Source: Eledone cirrhosa (lineage: Eukaryota). Taken from it: a stretch of DNA of 64,000 bases. The notes beneath the pieces were generated by a model. It was not told the DNA's origin. It was given only the letters and a program-made list of their open reading frames with translations, and searched no databases. The position numbers were made by a program, and so were the translations under genes. The stretch is taken from positions 190,092,001 through 190,156,000 of the forward strand of contig OZ024741.1 in NCBI GenBank assembly GCA_964016885.1, given 5' to 3'. Position 1 is the first letter of the stretch; every line of letters starts with the position of its first letter. Below are positions 1-13,284 of the stretch, one piece after another.

Positions 1-386
1 ATAAAATATATATATATATAAAATATATATATATAAAATATATATATATAAAATATATATATATAAAATATATATATATAAAATATATATATATAAAATA
101 TATATATAATAAAATATATATATATAAAATATATATATATATATATATATAAAATATATATATATAAAAATATATATATATATATAAAAATATATATATA
201 TATATATAAAATATATATATATATATATAAAATATATATATATATATAAAATATATATATATATATATAAAATATATATATATATATAAAATATATATAT
301 ATATATATATAAAATATATATATATATATAAAATATATATATATATAAAATATATATATATATATATATAAAATATATATATATAT

Positions 387-425
<39 letters not shown>

Positions 426-620
426 TATATATATATATATAAAATATATATATATATATATAAAATATATATATATATATATAAAATATATATATATATA
501 TATAAAATAATATATATATATAAAATATATATATATATATATAAAATATATATATATATATAAAATATATATATATATATATATAAAATATATATATATA
601 TATAAAATATATATATATAT

Positions 621-659
<39 letters not shown>

Positions 660-968
660 TATATATATATATAAATATATATATAATATATATATATAAA
701 ATATATATATATATATAAAATATATATATATATATATATAAAATATATATATATATATATATAAAATATATATATATATATATATAAAATATATATATAT
801 ATATATATAAAATATATATATATATATAAAATATATATATATATATATATAAAATATATATATATATATATATAAAATATATATATATATATATATAAAA
901 TATATATATATATATATAAAATATATATATATATATATATATAAAATATATATATATATATATATAAA

Positions 969-1000
<32 letters not shown>

Positions 1001-1291
1001 TATATATATATAAAATATATATATATATATATATATAAAATATATATATATATATATATAAAATATATATATATATATATAAAATATATATATATATATA
1101 TATATAAAATATATATATATATATATATAAAATATATATATATATATATAAAATATATATATATATATATATATAAAATATATATATATATATATATAAA
1201 ATATATATATATATATATATAAAATATATATATATATATATATAAAATATATATATATATATATATATAAAATATATATATATATATATAT

Positions 1292-1357
<66 letters not shown>

Positions 1358-1375
1358 TATATATATATAAAATAT

Positions 1376-1423
<48 letters not shown>

Positions 1424-1890
1424 TATATATATATATAAAATATATATATATATATATAAAATATATATATATATATATAAAATATATATATTATATATAA
1501 AAATATATATATATATATATAAAATATATATATATAAAATATATATATATATATATAAAATATATATATATATATATATAAAATATATATATATATATAA
1601 AATATATATATATAAATATAAAATATATATATATATATATAAAATATATATATATATATAAAATATATATATATATATATAAAATATATATATATATAAA
1701 ATATATATATATATAAAATATATATATATATAAAATATATATATATAAAATATATATATATATAAAATATATATATATATAAAATATATATATATATAAA
1801 ATATATATATATATAAAATATATATATATAAAATATATATATATATATATAAATATAATATATATATATAAAATATATATATATATAAAA

Positions 1891-1922
<32 letters not shown>

Positions 1923-2251
1923 TATATATATATATAAAATATATATATATATATATAAAATATAAAATATATATATATATATATAAAAGATATATATATA
2001 TATATAAAAGATATATATATATATATAAAAGATATATATTATAATATAAAAATATATATATATATATATAAAATATATATATATATATATAAAATATATA
2101 TATATATATATAAAATATATATATATATATTATATAAAATATATATATATATATATAAAATAATATATATATATATAAAATATATATATATATAAAATAT
2201 ATATATATATAAAATATATATATATATATAAAATATATATATATATATAAA

Positions 2252-2283
<32 letters not shown>

Positions 2284-2615
2284 TATATATATATAAAATA
2301 TATATATATATAAAATATATATATATATATAAAATATATATATATAAAATATATATATATATATAATATATATATATATAATATAAATATATATATATAT
2401 AAAATATATATATATAAAATATATATATATAAAATATATATATATAAAATATATATATATAAAATATATATATATAAAAATATATATATATAAAATATAT
2501 ATATATAAAATATATATATATAAAATATATATATATATAAAATATATATATATATATATATATATAAATATATATATATAAAATATATATATATAAAATA
2601 TATATATATAAAATA

Positions 2616-2880
2616 TCGAGGCCGAAACAAATGAGATCGTGTAGGTGTCACGACAAAAAAACACACAGTCCACGCTGTAATGTGGCCGTGTAGGCAACAC
2701 GGTAAAAACCTCCCAGACCCACACTGTAAATGTGGTTGGTGTTAGGAAGGGCATCCAACTGTAGAAAACCTGCCAGACAGTCCTATGCGAGCAAGACAAT
2801 CACTCTTGCCTCAAGTGGGACTACCCCCGTCCAAACCCATGCAAGCGTGGAACACGGACGTTAAACGTTGATGATGATGA
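2616..2880 (+). mobile_element. RTE-LINE 3'-end fragment with (GAT)n tail
   Basis: Matches the 3' UTR of the RTE LINE at 56711-56900 (gttggtgttaggaagggcatcca...cccatgcaagcgtgga...gacgttaaacg(atg)n). Confidence 0.85.
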
Positions 2881-3471
2881 TTTTAAATATATAATATATA
2901 ATACATATATATAATATATATATATAATATATATATAATACATATAATATTAACTATAATTATATATACAATACATATAATATAATATATATAATATATA
3001 CAATATATATATATATATATATAATATATATAATATAATAATAATATCTATATAATATAATATATATAATATATATATATATAATAATATATATATATAT
3101 ATATAATATATAATATAAATATATATATATAAAAATATATATATATATATATAATATATCTAATATATATATATAATATATATATATAATATATATATAA
3201 TATATATATATATAATATATATATATATAATATATATATATATAATATATATTATATATATATATATAATATATATAAATAATATATATATATATAATAT
3301 ATATATAATATATATAATATAAATATATATATATATATATATAATATATAAATATATATATAATATATATATAAATATATATATAATATATAAATATATA
3401 TATAATATATAAATATATATATATATATAAATAAAATATATATATATATAATATATAAATATATATATATC

Positions 3472-3511
<40 letters not shown>

Positions 3512-3635
3512 AATATATAAATATATATATATATATAATATATATATATATTATATATAATATATATAAATATATATATATATATAATATATAATATATA
3601 TATATATATAATATATATATATAATAAATATATAT

Positions 3636-3670
<35 letters not shown>

Positions 3671-3815
3671 ATATATATATATATATAATATATAATATAT
3701 AATATATATATATATATATATAATATATATAATATATATATAATATATATATATATAATATATATATATATAATATATATATATATAATATATATATATA
3801 TAATATATATAATAT

Positions 3816-3866
<51 letters not shown>

Positions 3867-4200
3867 TATATATATATATATAATATATATATATAATATA
3901 TATATAATATAATATATATAATATATATATATATAATATATATATATAATATATATATAATATATAATATATAATATATATAATATATATAATATATATA
4001 TATAATATATATAATATATATATATATAATATATATATATAATATATATATATAATATATATAATATAATTATATATATATATAATATATAATATATAAT
4101 ATATATATAATATATATAATTATATATATAAATATATATATATATAATATATATATATATATATAATATATATATAATATATATTATATATATTATACAA

Positions 4201-4366
4201 TCATCATCATCATCATTACGTTTAACGTCCGTGTTCCACGCTTGCATGGGTTTGGACGGGGGTAGTCACACTTGAGGCAAGAGTGATTGTCATGCTCGCA
4301 TAGGACTGTCTGGCAGGTTTTCTACAGTTGGATGCCCTTCCTAACACCAACCACATTTTACAGTGT
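4201..4366 (-). mobile_element. RTE-LINE 3'-end fragment, inverted near-identical copy of 2720-2880
   Basis: Its reverse complement differs from 2720-2866 at about 3 positions. Confidence 0.85.
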
Positions 4367-5069
4367 ATTTTACAATATATATATATATAATATTTAATAT
4401 ATATAATATATATATATAATATATTATATATATTATATATAATATATAATATATAATATATATATATAATATATAATTATATATATATAATATATATATA
4501 TAATATATATATATAATATATATATATAATATATATATATAATAATATTTATATAATATATATATATAATATATATATATAATATATATATAATATATAT
4601 AATATTATATATATAATATATATAATATATATATAATAATTATATATATAATATATATATATAATATATATATATATAATATATATATAATATATTATAT
4701 ATATATATATATATAATATATTATATATATATATTATATAATTATATATATATATATATAATATATATAAATATAAATAATATATATATATATATATTAT
4801 ATATATATATATAATATATATTAATTAATATATATATATAATATTATATATATATATATATTATATATATATAATATATATATATATAATATATATAATA
4901 TATATATATATAATATATATATATATAAATATATAATATATATATAATAATATATATAATATATATATAATATATATATAATATATATATAATATAATAT
5001 ATATAATATATAATATATATATTAATATAATATATATATAATATATATATATATAATATAATAATATAT

Positions 5070-5148
<79 letters not shown>

Positions 5149-5212
5149 TATAATATATAATTATATATATAATAATTATATATATAATATATATATATAT
5201 AATATATATATA

Positions 5213-5253
<41 letters not shown>

Positions 5254-5293
5254 TATATATAATATATATAATATATATATATATAATATATAT

Positions 5294-5356
<63 letters not shown>

Positions 5357-5741
5357 TATAATATATATATAATATTATATATATATATATATATAATATA
5401 TATATATATATATAATATATATTTAATATATATATATAATATATATTATATATATTATATAATTATATATAATATTATATATATATATATATTAATATAT
5501 ATATATATATAATATATAATATATATATATATATTATAATATATATATATAATATATATTATATATAATATATATATATATAATATATATATATATAATA
5601 TATATATATATAATATATATATATATATATAATATATATATATAATATATTAATATATATAATATATATATATATATAATATATATATATAATATATATA
5701 TATATAATATATATATATATAATATATATATATATAAATAT

Positions 5742-5774
<33 letters not shown>

Positions 5775-5901
5775 ATATATATTATATATATATATATATT
5801 AATATATATATATATATATATATAATATATATATATATATAATATATATATATATAATATATAATATATATAATATATATAATATAATATATATATATAT
5901 A

Positions 5902-5942
<41 letters not shown>

Positions 5943-5963
5943 ATATATATAATTAATATATAT

Positions 5964-5997
<34 letters not shown>

Positions 5998-5998
5998 A

Positions 5999-6030
<32 letters not shown>

Positions 6031-6031
6031 A

Positions 6032-6114
<83 letters not shown>

Positions 6115-6494
6115 AATAATATATATATATATATATATATAATATATATATATTTATATAATATATATATATATATAATATATATAATTATTATATATTA
6201 TATAATATATATAATATATATATATATATATAATATATATAATATATATATATATATAATATATATAATATATATATATAATATATATAATATATATATA
6301 ATAATATAATATATATAATATAATATATATAATATAATATATATAATATAATATATATAATATATATATATAATATATATATAATATATATATAATATAT
6401 ATATAATATATATATAATATATTTATAATATATATATATAATATATATATATATATAATATATAATATATATATATATATAATATATAATATAT

Positions 6495-7270
6495 ACTAGC
6501 TTAAACTACCCGTCCAAAGGACGCTTCAAGTAGCTTTCGATGTAGCTCATTAAACTAAAGAAAGTAAATTTGAATACATAGAAGAAAAACGTACTTTATG
6601 TAAACATGAAAACCTTAGGCACTATTCCAGCAAAATAATTAATATGTGAGCTCGGTGTCATCCGTTATACCATGTAACATCCAGTCTAGGTATAAATTTT
6701 TTTGACAACAGTAAAAGCGCATCATGAAATAGAGAAGTGAAGTGAATACTAGACACTATTATGTACAAAGCATAATATTGTAAAAGTTATGACATCACTT
6801 AATGTATGAACATCAAGCTTGAAATGATAAATTATACAATGTCAAATCTATAACTTAACTTAGTAATCTGTTAGAAATTGCTGGTTGTGAAATATACAAA
6901 ATGATATTGTTAGTCTCAAGGAAGCGTACCTTTTGTTTCAAGTACAAAGAATAAATTAAAATCCGAATGAGCCGAATTACGAAAGATAACTCTTGTCTTA
7001 TTTAAAGATAACTCTTGTCTTACTTAATCACGAAAATTCACACAAATAACCGAAACTTTTTTAATGTCTCCAAAGGCCCCAATATCGATTTTTGAAAGCC
7101 TTTGTAGATTATGTACAGAACCTGTACATAATCTACAAAGGCTTTCAAAAATCGATTTTCAAAGAAATTTCAAAGAAATCGCATGAATGGTTTAGAATAT
7201 ATGAGCCCTCATTAAAAATTGTCCACACACACACACACACAGAAAACTGTGTCTTTATATATCTACATAT
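6495..7270 (+). mobile_element. Putative non-autonomous Helitron/Helentron-like element
   Basis: Begins ACTAGC..TACCCGTC..GACG in a TA context. Ends aaatttcaaagaaatcg...ggtttag...(ac)n...tttatatat, the layout of Lep1/DINE-1-type elements. Richer in CpG than its flanks. Confidence 0.45.
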
Positions 7271-7547
7271 ATATAATATATATATATAAAAGGTAAACAG
7301 AAATAACACAATCGGCACAGTATATGGAAGGGATATATTAGCTTAACGCTTGGTATAGCAGGAAGAGAGTCTTAATCTTTCAGACACTAGTCCTTCATCA
7401 AAAGAAAGAATGAGAAATAAGATAGATTGATGGGACTGACAGGTTGGAATTGGAAAAAATATCTATAGATAAAAATAACAGGCCCATTCATGTTGACATC
7501 TTTTGCAAAACTGTTGGTGCTGGCATTTCGTGTATGATTCACACACA

Positions 7548-7594
<47 letters not shown>

Positions 7595-7882
7595 GGTGAT
7601 TCAAGAGTGGTTTAGCAACTATTTCTGTCAGGTTGGGATATCAGAGGCTCCATCCCAACTCATACATAGATATTTATATATGAACGACAGTAGGATGTTG
7701 AGGGATATGGGGCTGCTATTTCTATCAGGTCTAACTACACTGTAGAGGTCTCTGTTATTAATACATACATATGTACATAAGATAGATAGATAGATATAAT
7801 TAGAGGAAGATCTGGCCGCTATTTTTAGTATGGCTACTGCAATATAAAGGTCACCCTTGTTGGCTCATGCATACATATATAT

Positions 7883-8250
7883 GGAGGCACATGGCTTAGT
7901 GGTTAGAGCATTGGCCTTGCAATCGAAAGGTTGTGAGTTCAATTCTCAGACCGGGTGATGTGTTGTTTCCTTGAGCAAGGCACTTTATTTCACATTGCTC
8001 CAGTTTACTCAGCTGTAGAAATGAGATGATAGGGACTGGGGTCCCTATCATTCCACTGCAAAGTGGTTGTGGAGGTGCCACGGCAAAAAAAAAGCACCCA
8101 GCATTCACTGTAAATGAGGTTGGTGTTAGGAAGGGCATCCAGCTGTAGAAATCAAGCCACAATCAGTTCCTGTCCCACCTTTGCAAGCAGGGAAAAGCGG
8201 ACGTAAAATGATGATGATGATGATGACGATGATGATGACGATGATGATGA
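7883..8250 (+). mobile_element. tRNA-derived CORE-SINE with RTE-derived tail
   Basis: A box (tggcttagtggtt) and B box (gagttcaattc). CORE-like ccttgagcaaggcacttta...ctcagctgtagaaatgag. RTE 3'-UTR tail ending (gat)n. Confidence 0.85.
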
Positions 8251-8270
8251 AATCCATGAGCCAACACTGG

Positions 8271-8935
8271 CCATCACCAAATCTGAGCCATCACTAACCT
8301 AGGGTTAAACATCACCAGCAAATCTGAACCATCACTGATGTATTGCTAAACACCATCACCAAATCTGAGCCATCACTAACCTAGGGTTAAACATCACCAG
8401 CAAATCTGAACCATCACTGATGTATTGCTAAACACCATCACCAAATCTGAGCCATCACTAACCTAGGGTTAAACATCACCAGCAAATCTGAACCATCACC
8501 GATGTATTGCTAAACACCATCACCAAATCTGAGCCATCACTAACCTAGGGTTAAACATCACCAGCAAATCTGAACCATCACCGATGTATTGCTAAACACC
8601 ATCACCAAATCTGAGCCATCACTAACCTAGGGTTAAACATCACCAGCAAATCTGAACCATCACCGATGTATTGCTAAACACCATCACCAAATCTGAGCCA
8701 TCACTAACCTAGGGTTAAACATCACCAGCAAATCTGAACCATCACCGATGTATTGCTAAACACCATCACCAAATCTGAGCCATCACTAACCTAGGGTTAA
8801 ACATCACCAGCAAATCTGAACCATCACCGATGTATTGCTAAACACCATCACCAAATCTGAGCCATCACTAACCTAGGGTTAAACATCACCAGCAAATCTG
8901 AACCATCACTGATGTATTGCTAAACGCCATCACCA
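8271..8935. repeat. 82-bp minisatellite x8 (two diverged 41-bp subunits)
   Basis: The unit ccatcaccaaatctgagccatcactaacctagggttaaaca+tcaccagcaaatctgaaccatcacygatgtattgctaaaca recurs every 82 nt from 8271 to 8926. Confidence 0.97.
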
Positions 8936-9017
8936 CAAAATCAGAGAGTCATCACTGACTCAACAATCCATCAGATAGAGAACAGAATAGAATAGATTAT
9001 GAAATATAAATACTTAC

Positions 9018-9172
9018 GTTCAACAACTCTGTGGGAAAGCCTCCGGCACCAACTCGGGTCAAATAGGCTTTCACCACTCCATAGACATTGCCAATGTTGC
9101 GAGGTGGAATACCCAGACCAGTACATACACCACCGACACTACAGTTAGAACTGGTCACATATGGGTAGGGTC
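9018..9172 (-). CDS. ADSS: ADSS exon H (155 nt; [52 protein letters not shown])
   Basis: [22 protein letters not shown] and FPTE motifs. tttcag| and |gtaagt boundaries. Phase 1/0. Confidence 0.97.
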
Positions 9173-9200
9173 CTGAAAGAGAATCACATTTTTATCATTA

Positions 9201-9602
9201 GGGCAGTGGATTGGCAGTATGTGTAGAGCATCAGACACCATGCTTTGCAGCATAGAGTTATGGCCTTTTATATTCTGAGTTCAAATCCTGCCAAGGTTAA
9301 CTTTGCCTTTCATCCTTACATATTTGATAACAAAGTGCCAGTAATGCACTGGGGTAATTTCTGGCCTTGTGCCAAACGTAGAAACAATTATCATTAGTGG
9401 TAGTAGTAGTTGATAGATTGTCAGATATCATGCTTTGCAGCATAGTTACGGCCCTTTACATTCTAAGTTCAAATCCCGCCGAAATTAGCTTTGCCCTTCA
9501 TTCTTACAGGGGGTCGATAAAATAAAGTACCAGTAATGCACTGGAGTTGATTTGACTTTCCCCTTCCCCAAAATTGTTGGCCTTGTGCCTAAATCAGAAA
9601 CC
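9201..9602 (+). mobile_element. Two tandem tRNA-derived SINEs with Meta-type central domain
   Basis: gggcagtggattggcag head, gagttcaaatcc B box, ctttgcctttcatcctt...gtcgataaaataaagtaccag domain, ggccttgtgcc..agaaac tail. Confidence 0.8.
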
Positions 9603-10148
9603 AGTAGTAGCAGCAGCAGCAGTAGTAGTAATAACAGTAGTATATCAATGAAATAACAGTAGCAGCAGTATAGTGGTGAAATATTAGTGGTGGTGGCAAT
9701 AATAGTAGTAGTAAATGGACATAACTAAATACTTTGAAAGTATTTTGTCCTTCAGTACCATTGCTGCTATTCGATGCCTAACAGCAATGGTTCATGGAAC
9801 GTTTTATGAGATAAACCGAAATTGGCAAAGTTAGAGTTGTGAGAACACAAGACAGAATATTTTGCAGTGTTTGTTCTATCTCTCTTATCTCCCAGGGTTC
9901 AAATTCCACTGAGGTCATCTTTGCCAGCTATATATATTTTTGGCATTGATATCTATAAAAGTAACATTCCAGTGTGTTGATTTATTGGAATTATTAGTGC
10001 ATCGAATGAGATACCTTGTACTGTCTGTTTGCATTCCGACTTCAAATAATTCTTCCTTGGTATTTCAAATCCCACCAATGGCTACATCATTACCATCATC
10101 CCATATATGTCCCACCCTTGCAAGCAGGGAGAAGCGGACGTAAAATGA

Positions 10149-10186
<38 letters not shown>

Positions 10187-10596
10187 ATGAAGCATTTCTC
10201 AACAATGCAACACACCTCAACACAGTTGTCGTTGATTCATGGAGACTTTAGAAAACCGTGGCAGGGAGGGAAGAGGGAGAGTGTTGAACTTGCATTTGTT
10301 TTTAACATTAAGCAAATGCACTGGCAAATGGTTCCAGCATTTCAAAAACATTGAGAACATGTATAACAAAGAAGGCCAACAATTAATACCCTACTGCTGC
10401 TGATATTGCAACTAATGCTGCTACTGATACTGCAACTAATGCCTATGTTAGTACTACTAGTACTGCTGCTGCTACTAAGGTGATAGATTGCCAGAATTGG
10501 CAGAGCATCAGACAACAAGCTTCAGAATATTTAATCTCATCCTTTTATGTTCTAAGTTTCAATCCTTGTGCCTATATTAAAAACAACTCATTTTTA

Positions 10597-10805
10597 GGGT
10601 GCTGGATTGGCAATATCAGTAGAGTGTCAGACAACATGCTTTGCAGCACAGAGTTATGGCCCTTTGCGTTCTGAGTTCAAATGCTGCCAAGGTTAGCTTT
10701 GCCTTTCAATCTTATGGGGTCGAAAAGTACCAATGACGCACTGGGGGCGCGATTTAATCGATCCGCCCCCCAACCCCACTTATGCCTATAGTAGAGATCA
10801 TTATT
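10597..10805 (+). mobile_element. Meta-type SINE, with degraded copies on both sides (10480-10560, 10810-10910)
   Basis: Same consensus as 41034-41222. Confidence 0.75.
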
Positions 10806-11041
10806 AAGATCAGATCAGCAGAAACAAAATCTTGCATCATTTGTTCTGATTCTAAGTTCAAATCCTGCTTAGGTGAACTTTGCCTATCATCCTTCCAGAA
10901 TTAATAAAATATGCTGTAGTTAGGAGTTCATAAATACAAAAAACAAGGCATTAGTCAACCTGAAACTAAGGTAAAAGACTCTTGCCCACAGTGTCATAGT
11001 GATTTTAAACTTTGAAATACATGGTTGCAAAGCAGGCCTCT

Positions 11042-11282
11042 TTAATCCTTTATCATTTACATTACTCTTTATATACTATTGTATTTTTCACAATAAAGGC
11101 TTTATCTCACATAATTATTTCACATAATATTGAATCTATTAGATTTTGAATCTATTAGAATCTATTAGATTTTGAGAACAATACCTTAACATCAGTACGA
11201 GTGGCCAGTTGCGGCCTGTTTGAACAGAAAGAAGTGAAAGAATTCTGGCCGGATATGACCAATTTAAATGCTAAAGGGTTAA
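11042..11282 (+). mobile_element. piggyBac-type MITE family 1 (about 230 bp)
   Basis: TTAA at both ends. TIR ccctttagcattta / taaatgctaaaggg (left copy slightly diverged). Multiple copies in the window. Confidence 0.85.
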
Positions 11283-11446
11283 CTATGCAGCTATGCTAGT
11301 ATCCATAAAATAAATAATACAAAATAATGAGGGAGAGCAACACAGGAGACAGAGAGAGATGTCGGAAACAGAGATACAGACGTAAGAGGGATAGATACAG
11401 ACATAGGAGAGCGAGAGAGAAATGAATGGAAAAGAGTGTTACTTAC

Positions 11447-11570
11447 CAAAGTCTATATCTAACATGGTAGACTGTGCACCTTCAATCAGAATCTTGCGTC
11501 CATTTTTAATGGCATTATTCAGGTAGAGGACTGAATCAACCACATATGGTTTCACTCTTTCTTGTAACAA
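11447..11570 (-). CDS. ADSS: ADSS exon G (124 nt; [42 protein letters not shown])
   Basis: EGAQ...LDIDFG motif. cttctag| and |gtaagt boundaries. Phase 0/1. Confidence 0.96.
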
Positions 11571-11754
11571 CTAGAAGAAGAGAATAAGACCTGTGACGAA
11601 GGAGACCAAACTCCTTATCATTTATTGACAGCCTTGTTAGTTGGACAAAGAAGAAAATAAATGGAATTACTAAATTACAAAGTACCACCGATTCCACTGA
11701 AATGATGAGCCAAAGATCCAAGTAAGGACTTAAACTAAGTGAATATAAATATAC

Positions 11755-12000
11755 TTAATCCTTTTGGAACCAACTCAGCCAAAACCAACTCTGGCTTTAA
11801 GATCAAATTTGTTTTAAAGTGCTTATATAAAAAGTATTTCCACCATAATTTTATGTAAGAACCTTTGTTAAGCTATGGTGCACATACCAGCTTAATAATT
11901 TGAAACTTACTAAATCCCTTCAAATTCTTGATTATTTACAAAATTATTTGAAAATTAGAGGCAGGCTTTCATTAGAAATTTGGTTATGAAAGGGGTTTAA
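11755..12000 (+). mobile_element. piggyBac-type MITE family 2 (decayed)
   Basis: TTAA-ccttttg... to ...aaaggggtttaa. Internal similarity to 33749-34002. Confidence 0.65.
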
Positions 12001-12269
12001 TTCCTGTTACCAACCTACCTAAAACTGATAATGGTCCAACAAAACAAATGTTCATATATATTATTTCCTAACATAAGAGCCACATTTTAAGTGACTATAA
12101 TAATTTTTGTGAATCTCTTTAATTACTCTATTTCATTAATAGACAATTTTGAGTCATGAAGGGGTTAAATGCCTGACAAGTTAAGATTATGATTTTTCTA
12201 AAATTTAGAGATAAGGGCTTTTTTTTTTTTATTTATATCAGAAATGTACAGTGCCCAGCTTGCATTGGT

Positions 12270-12830
12270 GGACAGGTCTTTTTGTAACACCACAAGACAC
12301 CAGCCATCATGGCCATTTATCATTTCTGTTGTGAGGTCCAAATTCTTGAGGTCAGTTTTCAATACTTTACCCTGTGTTTTCCTATGTCCTACTTTCAATT
12401 TTGATTTACTTAGCTGATGCCATGGCAAAAGCACCCAGTCCACCCTGTACGGGAATTGTGCTGCTGCCACAACAAAAGCACTCAGTCCACCCTGTAATCT
12501 GAGTATACTGGTGTCACAAAAGCATCCAGTTCACCCTGTAAAATGACTAATGGTGCCATAATGAAAAGCACCCAGTTCACCCTGTAAGGTGGTCACATTA
12601 GTACCACCAAAAAAAAAAAAAAAAAATAAAAAAAAAAAAGCACCCAATCCACCCTCCAAGGTGGTTGGCATTAGGAAGGACATCCAGCAGCAAAAAAAAA
12701 AAAGGGGGAGGGGGTTAAAACAAATTGTATGAACAAGACATGGTTACTTGACCTGTCTAGCCAGATAATGTGACAGCTCATCTAACTCATGCAAGCATGC
12801 AAAATAGACATTAAACAGTGATGACGATGA
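12270..12830. mobile_element. RTE 3' remnants, including 5 tandem aaaagcacccagtccaccctgta units and a (GAT)n tail
   Basis: Similar to the RTE 3' end at 56711-57150. Confidence 0.6.
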
Positions 12831-13284
12831 TTATAATTTTATGAGAGCCAATAAGATCCTTACTTTAAAAAAACAAGTCTGAAAATACCATCTTTAAAGA
12901 CACTATTCCTAAATAAGAACTGACTTGGATTATGAAACCCTATCAATATCAACCCAGTGTGGAAAATGAATGTAAAATGATGATGTGAATGACAATGTTT
13001 CAATATGTTTGATTTGTCTGCAATCATATTTAGATGCCTTATTCCTGGGTATATATTTAAATACACTGGATTTAAACTAAGAATCATTATTTTTAAACTG
13101 AGGAAATTAATATCCTTTAGCCCAATTTTTAGAGTATATATTGACATTATTTACGTCTAAACTATATTTTGGTCAGTTTGATCTATCTACAATCATTCGG
13201 TATCTTATCCCTGGATATACAGACTGTTCCAGGCTGGATTTTAACCAGGAACTTTTATTTCTAAAGTAAATATAGGAATGGTCT

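Larger units (their letters stand above)
1..6494. repeat. Very long interrupted (TA)n microsatellite array, split by two LINE-tail inserts
   Basis: Almost only A/T. Interruptions are AAAA in 1-2615 and mostly TAA/TT in 2881-6494. Confidence 0.98.

Noticed and set aside
2130-4247. Long I/Y-rich ORFs (also 25712-26373 and 54958-55280)
   Set aside because: These are translations of (TA)n, (TACA)n and (TG)n repeats, with no coding signal.
7883-7962. tRNA gene (also SINE heads at 24740-24817, 41034 and 62880-62950)
   Set aside because: A and B boxes are present, but the sequence runs into SINE body and tail and lacks a proper acceptor stem.
8271-8935. CRISPR-like regular array
   Set aside because: The 'spacers' are identical, there are no cas genes, and it lies in a eukaryotic intron. 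It is a tandem repeat. The embedded TAGGGTTA is also too short to call telomeric.
1-9017. ADSS 3' exons (TTGR.RRCGWLD onward)
   Set aside because: No matching coding sequence was found in the non-satellite parts, so they must lie before position 1.
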